This document shows positions 40,816-51,718 of a DNA stretch of 64,000 nucleotides, piece after piece; the first letter of the stretch is position 1, and each line of letters starts with the position of its first letter. Source of the DNA: an uncultured candidate division Zixibacteria bacterium (GTDB lineage: Bacteria; Zixibacteria; MSB-5A5; UBA10806); the NCBI GenBank assembly GCA_963801605.1, contig CAWDFP010000005.1:23778-87777 (forward strand), read 5' to 3'. A program made the position numbers and the translations under genes. The notes beneath the pieces are model-generated. The model did not search any database, had not been told where the DNA came from, and saw only the letters and a program-made list of their open reading frames with translations.

Positions 40816-41271
40816 ATGATAAAGCTCTCACGTTTTTGTGAAGATGATGTTATTTCGTTCAACTTAAAAGGACAAACTAAAGACGCCATAATAACCGAAC
40901 TGGTTGATTTGGCGGCTAACTCTCAAATGGTGAAAAACAAGGAAGAGCTTCTCAAGGCCGTTCTGGAGCGCGAAAAGCTGGTCACCACCGGCGTAGGCTA
41001 TGGTGTGGCCTTTCCGCATGCCAAGACTCGTGCCGTTAAGGGAATCGTCATCGCATTTGGCCGCAGCAATGAAGGCCTGGATTTTGACGCTATGGATCGC
41101 AGGCCGGTCCATCTGTTTTTCCTGATTGCCGCGCCGGAGGATGCCATTGGCGCTCACCTCAATGTCATGGCGAAGCTCTCCTATCTGATGAAAAGCGATA
41201 AGAATCGGCAGAAACTCATGAAGGCTAAGTATAAAGAAGATTTGATTGAGGTTCTCGATTCCAACGACTAA
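40816..41271 (+). CDS. PTS EIIA (fructose/nitrogen-type) stand-alone domain
   Basis: LEREKLVTTGVGYGVAFPHAK, FDAMDRRPVHLFF. Confidence 0.93.
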   Translation: MIKLSRFCEDDVISFNLKGQTKDAIITELVDLAANSQMVKNKEELLKAVLEREKLVTTGVGYGVAFPHAKTRAVKGIVIAFGRSNEGLDFDAMDRRPVHLFFLIAAPEDAIGAHLNVMAKLSYLMKSDKNRQKLMKAKYKEDLIEVLDSND

Positions 41272-42066
41272 ATGAAATATCTCGGCAAGGGGATTTTTAA
41301 GAATCCCCAGGTATTACCTCTTATCATCGTGGCGATCATTTCGATCGTCATGATCATTTTGCCCCTGGATATCAGGACCAGTGTTTCGAGAATAGGTACG
41401 CTGTCGCTCTTGTATCCTTTCAGCAAGCTGGATCGCTATTTGGATAAAATCGATACAACCTTCGAGATCAATCGTAATCTCAATCGCCGGCTCGATTCAT
41501 TGACTGTGCTCGCCTCCCGACTTATCGAAAATAAATATGAAAATGATCGCCTGAGACGAATGCTCGATTTTGATCCTCATCACACCTTAAGCCTGGTGCC
41601 CGCCGAGGTTGTTTCCGTTACATTCGGTTACCCTTATAAATCGATGGTCATAAATGTCGGCAGCGAGAAAAATATTACCTCGAATATGCCGGTAATTTCC
41701 CCCGATGGTGTCATCGGGAAGACGATCGCTGTAGGCGTTCATTCTTCCACTGTCCAGCTCCTGTACGACCCGGCCTGCAGGGTCGCGGCGATTGTGCAGG
41801 CCAGCCGCGCTCAGGGGCTTGTTACCTATTCAGGAGGCAATTACCTGACTCTTCGAGATGTTCCTATCGAGGAGTCGGCGCTTCCGGGTGACAGCGTGGT
41901 GACATCCGGCCTGGGCGGTGTTTTCCCTGAAGGCTTGTTCATTGGTACCATCATGAGATCGGGAGAGATGGACGGAGGACTTTTCCACGATATTCGCATT
42001 TTTCCGGGAGCCAGGTTTGACGCTATAGATGAGGTTTTTGTGATTACCTCTTCTTTTAGAAGATAA
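41272..42066 (+). CDS. mreC: Rod shape-determining protein MreC
   Basis: TM, ENDRLRRML, INVGS, GVIGK, VVTSGLGGVFPEGLFIG. Confidence 0.95.
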   Translation: MKYLGKGIFKNPQVLPLIIVAIISIVMIILPLDIRTSVSRIGTLSLLYPFSKLDRYLDKIDTTFEINRNLNRRLDSLTVLASRLIENKYENDRLRRMLDFDPHHTLSLVPAEVVSVTFGYPYKSMVINVGSEKNITSNMPVISPDGVIGKTIAVGVHSSTVQLLYDPACRVAAIVQASRAQGLVTYSGGNYLTLRDVPIEESALPGDSVVTSGLGGVFPEGLFIGTIMRSGEMDGGLFHDIRIFPGARFDAIDEVFVITSSFRR

Positions 42067-42068
42067 TT

Positions 42069-42554
42069 ATGCCGATACTGAACTACTTTTTAGCATGGCT
42101 TGTTGTCACATTTGCCCAGGTGGTCCTGGCCCCTCGTCTGGTTATCCTGGGGATATATCCCGATATTCTGACTGCGGTAGTGGTTATAGTTGCTCTGCGC
42201 CTCGAAAGAGATACATCTGTCTGGTTTGCTTTTGCTCTTGCTGTCTCGGTTGATCTTTTAGATCCTCAAAAAATGGGTTGGATGACTCTTCTTATCTCCG
42301 TTTTGGCCTATTGTGTAGGAATTATCCGCGACACCATATATATCGATAATCCCTGGTTTGAAGCCACCATGATTCTGCTGGGGACATTTCTATATCAGCT
42401 GGCTTATCGTTTTCTCCCCGAACCTCAATTTTTTCTCGATAACTTTCCTAAAATGCTGGCCGTATCACTCTCTATAGCGATCTATACCGTCGCTGTAGCC
42501 GGTTTGGGCGTTTGGATCCTCCGGCAGCGTTTTAATGCTCGAGAAGTGCTGTGA
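42069..42554 (+). CDS. mreD: Rod shape-determining protein MreD
   Basis: Hydrophobic 161 aa with PD motif between mreC and mrdA. Confidence 0.85.
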   Translation: MPILNYFLAWLVVTFAQVVLAPRLVILGIYPDILTAVVVIVALRLERDTSVWFAFALAVSVDLLDPQKMGWMTLLISVLAYCVGIIRDTIYIDNPWFEATMILLGTFLYQLAYRFLPEPQFFLDNFPKMLAVSLSIAIYTVAVAGLGVWILRQRFNAREVL

Positions 42555-44360
42555 CCGAAAATATTTTCGAAAGACGTAAAATCAACTATCGTATTTTGAT
42601 GGCGATAATTTTCATCTCGCTTTTGCTGATATTTGCCCGCCTGTTTTATATGCAGATCCTCTCCGCCGATTTTTATCGAAAAGCATCCGAGGAAAACGGC
42701 ATCCGCATGGTTCCTATACTCGCTCCTCGAGGTTTAATCGTCGATCGCCACGGCGAAACGCTCGTGAAAAGCCGCGCCTCCTACTCGATGTTTATCGTGC
42801 CATACGAGGTTAAAAATCTTGATTATGTCATTACTCTATTAGCGGGTGTCCTGCAAATAGATCCCGAAGATCTTCGCACCAAAATCAAATTAGGTTGGCA
42901 GGGCAAGTTTCAGCCTATTCGTCTCAGCCGTGATGTTGATTTTAAGACCGTTGCTTATATTGAAGAACACGCTCTCGATTTTCCCGGAATCACTTTTCAG
43001 GTCGAATCGATCCGCCAATATCCCGCGGATAATATGGGATCGCATATCTGGGGTTATGTCGGCGAAATAACCGAGTCTGAAATGGCCAAACCCAAATACT
43101 CCGCCTACAATATCGGTGATGTCATCGGGAAAGAGGGGCTTGAAAAACAATATGAGGAAGAACTCCGCGGTCTGAACGGGTTCCGCTATCTTGAGGTGAC
43201 CGCTGCCGGCAAAATTATCGGGCGAATATCCCGGCAAACCCAAGCTCAACCCGGTACGCGGATCTATTTTAAATCTCGAGATTGATTGGGGCGTCCAGCA
43301 GGTTGCCGAACGCGAGCTGGCCGCTCAAGGTTCGGGCGCCATCGTGGCTATCGATCCCCGCACCGGCGGCGTAATCGCCCTGGCATCGGTGCCGGAGTTT
43401 GACGCCAATGCTTTTTCGGGAGTTATTACTCCCCAGCAATGGAAAGCGGTCTCCGAGGATTCTCTTCATCCTTTGTTCAATCGGGCCATAAAAGGGACTT
43501 TTCCTCCGGGCTCAACTTATAAGCCGTTTACGGCCGCGGCCGGGCTTGAGTACGGCAATGTCACTCCCTTAACCCATTTCAATGCTTGTCGCGGCGCTAT
43601 GGCATTTGGTAATCGGGTTTTCAAGTGCTGGGAAAAACGCGGGCATGGAGCGCTTGGCATGGTCGATGCGATCATCAGGTCCTGCGATGTTTATTTTTAT
43701 CAGCTCGGCGTGCGCGAGGGCCTGACTGCCTGGAGCCGGATGGCCGCTGAATGCCATTTCGGCGAGAAAACCGGCGTTGATTTGCCTGGCGAGCTTTCTG
43801 GTCTTGCTCCCAGTCAGCAATATTTCAACAAACGTTATGGTAACGCCGGCTGGACAAAATATCTGGTGGTTAATCTTTCCATTGGGCAGGGCGAGGTTTT
43901 GGTGACACCGCTTCAAATGGCCATGCTCTATGGCGCCATCGCCAACGGCGGAGATATTTACAAACCGAGGCTGGTTTCTAAAATTGTGACTCCTGCCGGA
44001 GATTCAACTATATACCCCCTGGAGAAGATCGGCCGGCTTCCCATGTCACAATCGACAATTGATTTGCTGCATCAAGCTCTATTTGGCGTTGTCAATCTCC
44101 CCGGTGGAACTGCTCACCAGGCTCAGGTTAAGGGTTTTACGGTAGCGGGCAAAACCGGTACGGCTCAAAATCCTCATGGCGGCGACCATGCCTGGTTTGT
44201 CGGCTATGCTCCTGTTGATTCCCCCACGATTGCCATTGCGGTGCTGGTTGAAAACGCCGGTCATGGCGGCTCTATCGCTGCTCCTGTCGCCAGAAAAGTT
44301 TTGGAGAAATATTTCGGGGTTGCCAGCGATTCGGTCGTAGCCTATAATCCGCCTCAATGA
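42551..44360 (+). CDS. mrdA: Penicillin-binding protein 2 (frameshift ~43225-43270)
   Basis: APRGLIVDR, GKEGLEKQYE, PGSTYK (SxxK), SCD, SIGQG, GKTGTAQ. Confidence 0.95.
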
Positions 44361-45573
44361 GGCTTATGAATAAATCATTTGGTCTGGGCATCTTTCTTCC
44401 GGCTTTGGCGCTAAGCTTGATTGGCGTGGTGCTCGTTTACAGCGCCACCTATTACTCCACCACTGCCGCCGAACACGATCTTTACTCCAGGCAGCTTGTT
44501 TGGCTGATGATCGGTATTATCCTGGCCATCTTTATTTATTATTTGCCGTTGCGCTTGCATGAAGTTTTTTCTGCCTTTTACTATCGTTGCCGCTATACTA
44601 TTCCTGATGGCCTTGCTGGCCGTCTCCAGTGAATCCGCTCAGCGCTGGTATCGATTCGGAGGTCTGAGCATCCAGCCCGCTGAGATGGCCAAGTTGGCCG
44701 TTGTGCTGGCTATGGCTCGATATCTTGCATTTCGAAAGCTTAATTATGAAAACTTCTCCTGGGTTTTCGTATTGTTTGTGCTGGTGGCTGTTCCCGCCGG
44801 CTTGGTATTAATTCAGCCTGATCTCGGCAGTTCTCTGGTTTTTTTCGCCCTTTTCTTCGGAATCCTCATCTGGACCGGATTACCTCTTAATCGGGTTCTC
44901 CTGATAATCACTCCGATTCTGAGCATGCTGGCCGCCATCCATTGGATTTCCTGGGCATATCTTTTTCCTCTTGCTGCTCCTGCTTCTCTCCCTATCCAAA
45001 CTACGCATCTTGCAGGGCTTTCTATTTTTTATGCTCAATTTGGGATTTGGCATGATGACCCCTCTTCTCTGGAATAAGCTTCATGGTTACCAGAAAATGA
45101 GGATCATTATTTTCCTCGATCCCGGACAGGATCCCAGAGGCGCCGGTTATCAGATCATCCAATCCAAAATCGCGGTCGGGGCCGGAGGGCTTTTCGGGCA
45201 GGGCTTCCTCAAAGGATCTCAGACCAAGCTCAATTTCCTTCCCGAACAGCATACCGACTTCATATTCTCGGTCTTGTCGGAACAATTCGGCTTGATCGGT
45301 GATTTAGTAGTTCTGGTGCTTTTTGGATGGTTATTTTATAAAGGATTTTCATTGGCCTACAAAGCCCGCAACCAGTTTTTTAGTTACATTGCCTGTGGTT
45401 TTAGCACTATACTTGTATTTCAGGTGCTTTTGAATATCGGGATGACTGTGGGTCTCATGCCTGTAACTGGATTGCCGTTACCGTTTCTAAGTTACGGCGG
45501 CTCGTCGCTTCTGTTTTTCTGGGCGATTATCGGATTTCTATTGGCAATTAACCGCGATTGGCAGGAGTATTAA
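44357..45573 (+). CDS. rodA: Rod shape-determining protein RodA (two frameshifts)
   Basis: QPAEMAK, QPDLGS, GYQIIQSKIAVGAGG, LPEQHTDFIF, PVTGLPLPFLSYGGSS. Confidence 0.95.
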
Positions 45574-46412
45574 TGTATCCGGAACCTCTGCGATTTTTAG
45601 GTATTACTTTTATTCGTTCTTACGGATTGCTTTTGGCGCTCTCGTTTCTCCTCGGAGTTATCCTGGCTATCAGGCGCGCCAAAAAAGCGGGCTTGGACCC
45701 CAACTTGATTATCGATCTCTCCTTTGTGGTGCTGGTCTCGGCCATTGTCGGTTCGCGCTTTTTTTATGTTATCTACCACCTCGATGAATTTTCCAACAAT
45801 CTTCTCGATATTATTAATCCTTTCCACTCCGGCTATGTGGGCATCGCGGGGTTATCCATGATGGGTGGGGTTGTCCTGGCGATACTTTCGGCTTTTTTGT
45901 TTTTCGTCATCAAACGAAAAAGCCCCTGGCCGACATTCGATGTTATGATGCCGATTTTTATGCTTGGCGTCGGAATTACCCGTATCGGATGCTTCCTCAA
46001 TGGCTGTTGCTTTGGTCTGCCAACTCACAGCCAATGCGGAGTGGTTTTCCCGTCCGAATCTCAGGCTGGATATGTCTTTCCCAATACGCCGCTTATTCCC
46101 ACCCAGCTAATCGAGTCGCTGGCCGGTTTTGTTATGCTGGGGATTATCCTCTGGAGCGAACGATATAAAAAATTCAACGGTCATTCATTTTGGGTGACTG
46201 TCGGTCTCTATGCCATCTGGCGTTTTATAATTGATTTCTTCCGCTATTACGAAAACTCCATGATATTTACCACTATCGGTGGCCAGGATTTTTCGCGCAA
46301 TCAGTTTCTTTCGATGTTGCTTTTTGTCGGTTCCGTTATCGCTTATATTGTAATGTATGCCAGAAACAAAAAGTCAACCGCCAGCCCCGCTGCTCAGCCG
46401 GACATTCAATAA
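45573..46412 (+). CDS. lgt: Prolipoprotein diacylglyceryl transferase
   Basis: IRSYG, GSRFFYV, GLSMMGG, RIGCFLNGCCFG, PTQLIE, RFIIDFFR. Confidence 0.93.
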   Translation: MYPEPLRFLGITFIRSYGLLLALSFLLGVILAIRRAKKAGLDPNLIIDLSFVVLVSAIVGSRFFYVIYHLDEFSNNLLDIINPFHSGYVGIAGLSMMGGVVLAILSAFLFFVIKRKSPWPTFDVMMPIFMLGVGITRIGCFLNGCCFGLPTHSQCGVVFPSESQAGYVFPNTPLIPTQLIESLAGFVMLGIILWSERYKKFNGHSFWVTVGLYAIWRFIIDFFRYYENSMIFTTIGGQDFSRNQFLSMLLFVGSVIAYIVMYARNKKSTASPAAQPDIQ

Positions 46413-47143
46413 AACAGCGGAGTGGGCTAAATCTCTGTATGACGATTTCAGGGAGTTTCTTTCGCCGTCAGCCTGCCTTTGTTGCGGACGAGGCAGGGAT
46501 TTTGACGATCCCCTTTTATGTCCCGAATGCCTTAAAAACCTGACATCGAAAAATTGCGGCGGCGGGCCAATTTGCCCATTTTGCGGCCGACCGATAGGCG
46601 CCAAATCATCCTGCAAACTTTGCAGCGGCCCCCATGCCCTGGATCTCTTCTACTGGGGTTTCTATGATGATGAGCTAAAAGAGTGCCTCCTGCAATTCAA
46701 ATTTCACGGTGCTGTCGATCTTGGCAAACGCCTTTCGGAAATGGCAATTGCCTCAATGGGGGAGAGGCTTACGGAAAACAATTACGATTACATTATCCCT
46801 ATACCGCTTCACAAAGACCGCCAGAAAGAAAGGCACTATAACCAATCCGAAATAATTGCTGAAAGTCTCGCCAAACATCTTGAAATCAAGTTTCTACCCG
46901 AGACTCTCGGACGAATCAGGGCTACCCATCAGCAGGCCAAAGCTCGCCGAGCAGGATCGCTGGAACAATGTTAAAGACGCTTTCGTAATTTCTTTTGATT
47001 GCCGGGATGAATTAAAAGGCAAAAGTATTCTGCTTGTTGATGATATCGTGACTACCGGCGCAACAGTTTACGAGGCCTCCCGGCCGCTTTTGGATGCCCG
47101 GGTTAAGCGACTCGATATATTTGCTATAGCGTATGCAAAATGA
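46357..47143 (+). CDS. comF: ComF-family Zn-ribbon phosphoribosyltransferase-like protein (frameshift ~46940; start uncertain)
   Basis: CLCC/CPEC/CPFC/CKLC, PIPLH..RHYNQS, ILLVDDIVTTGAT. Confidence 0.88.
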
Positions 47144-47577
47144 AATTCGGAAGTTTGACATTCAACGTTATCGAAAATCACACCTCGGGCGATTTTCTCT
47201 TCGATGCCTATGGTAACACCTTAAATGAACTGTTCGCCTCTTGTGCCGCCGCCTGCTTTTATGCCATGACCGATCTCGAAAAGATACATCCGGCCGGAAA
47301 TTATACCTTCGAAATAAAAGGGGAGAGCCTCGAGGACCTCTTATATAACTTCATTTCGGAACTCATCTACCTGAAAGACGTCGAAAAAGTATTCCTTTCC
47401 GCTTTTAATATCGAAATCGCTCCCGATTGCAAATCACTGAGCGCGTTAGTGATGGGGGAGACAATCGATTATAAAAAGCATACCATTAAAACCGATGTCA
47501 AAGCGGCTACTTATCACAATCTAAAAGTTCAAAAGCTCGATAACGGCTATGCAGCTCGGATGATGCTTGATCTTTAA
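47140..47577 (+). CDS. Archease
   Basis: HTSGD...AYGNTLNELF, LYNFISELIY, VKAATYHNL, terminal LDL; directly upstream of rtcB. Confidence 0.92.
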   Translation: MKFGSLTFNVIENHTSGDFLFDAYGNTLNELFASCAAACFYAMTDLEKIHPAGNYTFEIKGESLEDLLYNFISELIYLKDVEKVFLSAFNIEIAPDCKSLSALVMGETIDYKKHTIKTDVKAATYHNLKVQKLDNGYAARMMLDL

Positions 47578-47589
47578 GGGGGATATATA

Positions 47590-49035
47590 ATGAAAACGAA
47601 CAAAATTGAAAATTACATTTGGGAAATTCCGCCCGATCAAAAACCGGGTATGAAAGTTCCTGCCCGTATTGTCGCGAGCGAAACCCTGATGAAACAGATG
47701 GATGAAGGCGTCTTCAACCAGATTACCAACGTGGCTTGTCTTCCCGGAATTCGGGAATACGCCTGGTGTATGCCCGATGGTCACTGGGGATACGGCTTTC
47801 CTATCGGAGGCGTTGCCGCTTTCGATATGAATGATGGCGTAATTTCGCCCGGAGGTATCGGTTTTGATATCAATTGCGGCGTCCGTCTCATTAAAACCGA
47901 TCTCACCGAAAACGATATTAAACCTCATGTCAAAGAGCTTCTCAATTCCCTATTCAATATCATCCCCGCCGGCGTAGGCAAAAGCGGTTTTGTAAATCTG
48001 AATCATTCGGAATTCGAAAAGGTGATCACAGGCGGCGCCGAATGGTGTCACCAAAACGGCTACGCCTGGGACTCCGATCTCGACCGTATCGAACAACGCG
48101 GCCATCTTCCCGGCGCCAACCCATCGGCGGTGTCCGATAAAGCTGTTAAGCGCGGATTGGATCAGATCGGCACCCTTGGCTCCGGTAACCACTATCTTGA
48201 AATTCAAACCGTCCGATTCGACAACGAATGCGACCGGGAAACGGCCGCCTTATTGGGCATCGAAACCGAGGGCCAGATTGTGATTATGGTCCATTGCGGC
48301 TCGCGCGGTTTTGGCCATCAGATCGGGACAGATTATCTTCAATCGTTCGGCGCGGCTATGAAGAAATATGGCATCGTCACCAACGACCGCGAGCTGGCCT
48401 GTGCCCCTATAAACTCCCCCGAGGGCAAAAACTATTACGGCGCCATGTGCTGCGCCGCCAACGCCGCCTTCGCCAATCGGCAGGTAATTACCAATGGTAT
48501 CAGAAACGCTTTTGCCAAAATATTCGGGAAGAAAGCCGAGGCACTGGGGATGGAACTCGTCTATGATGTTGCTCACAATATCGCTAAGGTTGAAACTTAC
48601 AATATCAACGGCAAGCCAACTCAATTGTTGATTCATCGCAAAGGCGCTACTCGCGCTTATGGACCCGGCAATCCCGGCATTGCACCGCAGTTTCAGAAGA
48701 CCGGTCAGCCCGTTCTTGTGGGTGGTTCCATGCAAACCGGATCCTTCCTGCTGGTTGGCACTAAGAAAGCCGAGGAGCTAACATTCGGTTCAACCCTTCA
48801 TGGCGCTGGACGGCTCATGTCACGGTCGGCGGCCAAAAGAAAGATTCGTGGAAGCGACCTGCAAAATGAAATGGAAAAAGAGGGGATACTGGTGCGTACC
48901 GCCTCATTTTCCGGTTTGGCCGAGGAAGCCGGTTTTGCCTACAAAAATATATCCGATGTTGTTAATGTGGTCCACAAGCTGGGTATCTCTAAAAAGGTGG
49001 CCCGCCTGCTGCCCCTGGCTAATATTAAAGGTTAA
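47590..49035 (+). CDS. rtcB: RtcB RNA 3'-phosphate/5'-OH ligase (archaeal/eukaryote-like long type)
   Basis: MPDGHWGYGFPIGGV, GFDINCGVR, GTLGSGNHYLE, HCGSRG, DVAHN, HRKGATR, HGAGR, EEAGFAYK. Confidence 0.97.
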   Translation: MKTNKIENYIWEIPPDQKPGMKVPARIVASETLMKQMDEGVFNQITNVACLPGIREYAWCMPDGHWGYGFPIGGVAAFDMNDGVISPGGIGFDINCGVRLIKTDLTENDIKPHVKELLNSLFNIIPAGVGKSGFVNLNHSEFEKVITGGAEWCHQNGYAWDSDLDRIEQRGHLPGANPSAVSDKAVKRGLDQIGTLGSGNHYLEIQTVRFDNECDRETAALLGIETEGQIVIMVHCGSRGFGHQIGTDYLQSFGAAMKKYGIVTNDRELACAPINSPEGKNYYGAMCCAANAAFANRQVITNGIRNAFAKIFGKKAEALGMELVYDVAHNIAKVETYNINGKPTQLLIHRKGATRAYGPGNPGIAPQFQKTGQPVLVGGSMQTGSFLLVGTKKAEELTFGSTLHGAGRLMSRSAAKRKIRGSDLQNEMEKEGILVRTASFSGLAEEAGFAYKNISDVVNVVHKLGISKKVARLLPLANIKG

Positions 49036-49100
49036 AATCAAATGTAATACTGTCTTATGGAAAAAATTGCCGCTTCAAACTTGATCTTTAAAAATAATAC

Positions 49101-49129
49101 TTGACAATGTCATTGACATAGTCAATAAT
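49101..49129 (+). promoter_or_regulatory. Promoter with overlapping tandem palindromes (likely MarR operator)
   Basis: TTGACA-N17-AATAAT; palindromes TGACA-A-TGTCA and TTGAC-ATA-GTCAA. Confidence 0.65.
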
Positions 49130-49135
49130 ATAGGC

Positions 49136-49603
49136 ATGAAAGCGAAAAAAAATCTTGAGAAGTGTTTCGATTTCGATTGTTCCGGCGACCAAATTCATTT
49201 GTTGCATGAAATAATGAAGGTTCACCAGGCTCTGCTTAGCGTTTTTAGCCGCGTAGTTGGCATGCCGTCATCGAGATTGGCGCTGTTGCGCCTTTTGGTC
49301 ATCAGCTACCCCGATGGGATTGGCATTATGGACCTCGCCAAACGTTTGGGTATCAATGCCGCCGCCGTGACGCGCCAGGTTAAAGAGATCGAGGCTGAAC
49401 GCCTGATCAGCCGCTACCCTGATTCCAACGATGGCCGTCGAAATTACGTAAAGCTTACTCCTGAAGGCGTTCAAAAGCTTTTAAAATTCCATAAGCGGGG
49501 CCAGGAGTTCGAAACCCAACTTTGCAAAGCAATCGACCCGAACGATATGACGGCAACGATTCGTGTCCTGGCACAGGTGCGGAGCGCTATTGAAGAGCAA
49601 TAA
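49136..49603 (+). CDS. MarR-family transcriptional regulator
   Basis: DLAKRLGINAAAVTRQVKEIE...DGRRNYVKLTPEG winged helix. Confidence 0.93.
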   Translation: MKAKKNLEKCFDFDCSGDQIHLLHEIMKVHQALLSVFSRVVGMPSSRLALLRLLVISYPDGIGIMDLAKRLGINAAAVTRQVKEIEAERLISRYPDSNDGRRNYVKLTPEGVQKLLKFHKRGQEFETQLCKAIDPNDMTATIRVLAQVRSAIEEQ

Positions 49604-49779
49604 TATGATGAAATCTACTTTGAAATTAAAAAAGCAATTTAATATTATTCCGAATATTTTAATGCCTCTTCTTCGCGTCCGAATTACGGCGTCCGGTAGG
49701 TCGTTTTTATCATCCATCAAACAGTTGACTTTTAATAGCCATGTTTTATATATATGGCCTGAATAGGAGACCTTAAAGG

Positions 49780-50268
49780 GTGATGGATATGGATGTAATA
49801 AATATCATTAGAACAGGCTTTTACGCTATCGATTTTACCTTAACCGATACCCAGGGTAATATTTTCCATCTCAACGAAAATCTGGATGGCCAATTTACCG
49901 CTCTGGTATTCTTTTCCGATGGCGATAACGAAAAAATAGCCGGCTATCTTAAAAGCCTTGGCCAGGGATTACCAAATACCTCCTCAGGACTTACGGTCCA
50001 GATCATCGCTATCGGTCCCGAAAAAGTGAGTCATCTCAAGAATCTGAAAGATAAACTTAAACTCGCTTACACAGTTCTCGCCGATCCCCAGCTATTGGTC
50101 GCCGGCAAGTATTCCGTTATCAATAGCTCCAGCGCTAAACCATCGGTTCATTTTAGCGTCTTTATCATAGATGATATGGGCATTGTGCGCCACCGCGTTA
50201 GTGAAGTGCCGGGTTTATCGAAGTATTCTCTGGAGGAATTAAAATCGGCTATTTCACAGCAGATCTAA
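49780..50268 (+). CDS. Peroxiredoxin/AhpC-TSA-fold protein lacking cysteine
   Basis: DFTLTDTQG, LVFF, YTVLADP, FIIDDMGIVR; no Cys in 162 aa. Confidence 0.75.
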   Translation: MMDMDVINIIRTGFYAIDFTLTDTQGNIFHLNENLDGQFTALVFFSDGDNEKIAGYLKSLGQGLPNTSSGLTVQIIAIGPEKVSHLKNLKDKLKLAYTVLADPQLLVAGKYSVINSSSAKPSVHFSVFIIDDMGIVRHRVSEVPGLSKYSLEELKSAISQQI

Positions 50269-50343
50269 AAATATTTGAATACTTTTCTAATTAATTTCGT
50301 AAGGTAATGATGTTCGGGCCAATGCCTGTTTTTTTGTAACTGG

Positions 50344-51708
50344 ATGAGGAATATGACGAAATACCTTAAAAAGAAACTCACTCTCCCCCTTGGATGCATA
50401 TTACTTATTTTTATTTCCGGAGCGATTGCCGCATCCGCGCAGGAGCCGATCACTATCGATCTCAAGGGCGCTATCAGTATGGCGCTTGAAAAAAACGAGA
50501 ACTACCAGATTGCCTTAAAGCAAGTCGATAAAGCTGATGCTCAAATCAAGGAAGCTGTCTCCGGGGCTTTGCCGCAGGTAACCGCCGGCGTTGATTATTT
50601 GCGCAATTGGGAGGTTCCCACTACGGTTATCCAATTTGGGGATCAGGTTCAGACCCTGAAAATCGGAGCCGCTAACAACTATACCGCCGCGTTGACCGTT
50701 ACCCAGCCGATTTACTCTGGCGGACGAACCGGCACCGCCTTGCGAATCGCCGGAATTGCCAGGCATCTTTCCAGAGAATCGCTCGTTCAGTCGAGACAGG
50801 AACTCAAGGTGCAGGTCTTCAACGGCTTTTATGGCGCTCTCCTCGCTCAGCAGGTCCTGAACGTAAATGAAGAAGCTCAAAAACTGGCTCAGGATAATCT
50901 CGATCTGGTACAAAAAATGTACGATCAGGGAATGACTTCCGAATATGATCTTTTACGCGCCAAAGTGGCTGTAGCTAATTTGCAGCCGTCGGTGCTAAAG
51001 GCTCGCAACGATTCCGAGGTTGCCGCCACCGCTCTCAAGAATTTATTGGGCATGCCGCTGGATAGCCGCATTAATATCCAATCTAATTTGGATTCCACTA
51101 CATTTGTTTTGCCGCCCATCGATCCTGAGGCCGCCAAAAGCGAAGTGCTTGAAAATCGGCCCGAGATTAAAATGAGCGATTACAACAGCAATATTACCAA
51201 ACAGCTTATCACGATTGCCAAAGCCGGATACAAACCATCGCTCTATTTTTCAACTTCGCTTCAATACCAAAGACAATATGAAACCGGCGGTCCCTTTAAA
51301 CATAGTTGGGCTCGAAGCTTGTTCACTGGTATTTCGCTCAACGTTCCGATCTTCGATTCCTGGAGAACGCCCAGTCAAGTCAAGCAGGCCCGAATTAATT
51401 ACGAGGATGATCTCTTGCGCGATCAGGCGGTCCATAAGGGTTTGCTCCTCGATTTCCAACAGAGCCTTGGCTCCTATCTCGAGGCTCGCAATCGCCTCTC
51501 GACACAGGGCGATGCCGTCGAGTTGGCCCGCCGCGGACTCGATATCGCCAACGTCAGATTTGAAAATGGTGTCGGTACTCAGCTTGAAATTTCCGACGCC
51601 AGGCTTTCGCTTTCACAGGCGGAAATAAATAGAGCAGTCGCATTTCATGATTTGGCCGTTGGCTACGCGGCCCTGTTAAGGTCATTGGGACGAGAGATAA
51701 ATCCGTAA
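50344..51708 (+). CDS. TolC-family outer membrane efflux protein
   Basis: Signal peptide; AISMALEKN, LTVTQPIY, YDLLRA, LNVPIFD, RFENGVGTQLE. Confidence 0.93.
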   Translation: MRNMTKYLKKKLTLPLGCILLIFISGAIAASAQEPITIDLKGAISMALEKNENYQIALKQVDKADAQIKEAVSGALPQVTAGVDYLRNWEVPTTVIQFGDQVQTLKIGAANNYTAALTVTQPIYSGGRTGTALRIAGIARHLSRESLVQSRQELKVQVFNGFYGALLAQQVLNVNEEAQKLAQDNLDLVQKMYDQGMTSEYDLLRAKVAVANLQPSVLKARNDSEVAATALKNLLGMPLDSRINIQSNLDSTTFVLPPIDPEAAKSEVLENRPEIKMSDYNSNITKQLITIAKAGYKPSLYFSTSLQYQRQYETGGPFKHSWARSLFTGISLNVPIFDSWRTPSQVKQARINYEDDLLRDQAVHKGLLLDFQQSLGSYLEARNRLSTQGDAVELARRGLDIANVRFENGVGTQLEISDARLSLSQAEINRAVAFHDLAVGYAALLRSLGREINP

Positions 51709-51718
51709 TTATAGATAG

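Noticed and set aside
49780..50268. Selenocysteine peroxiredoxin
   Set aside because: No in-frame TGA at the active-site position
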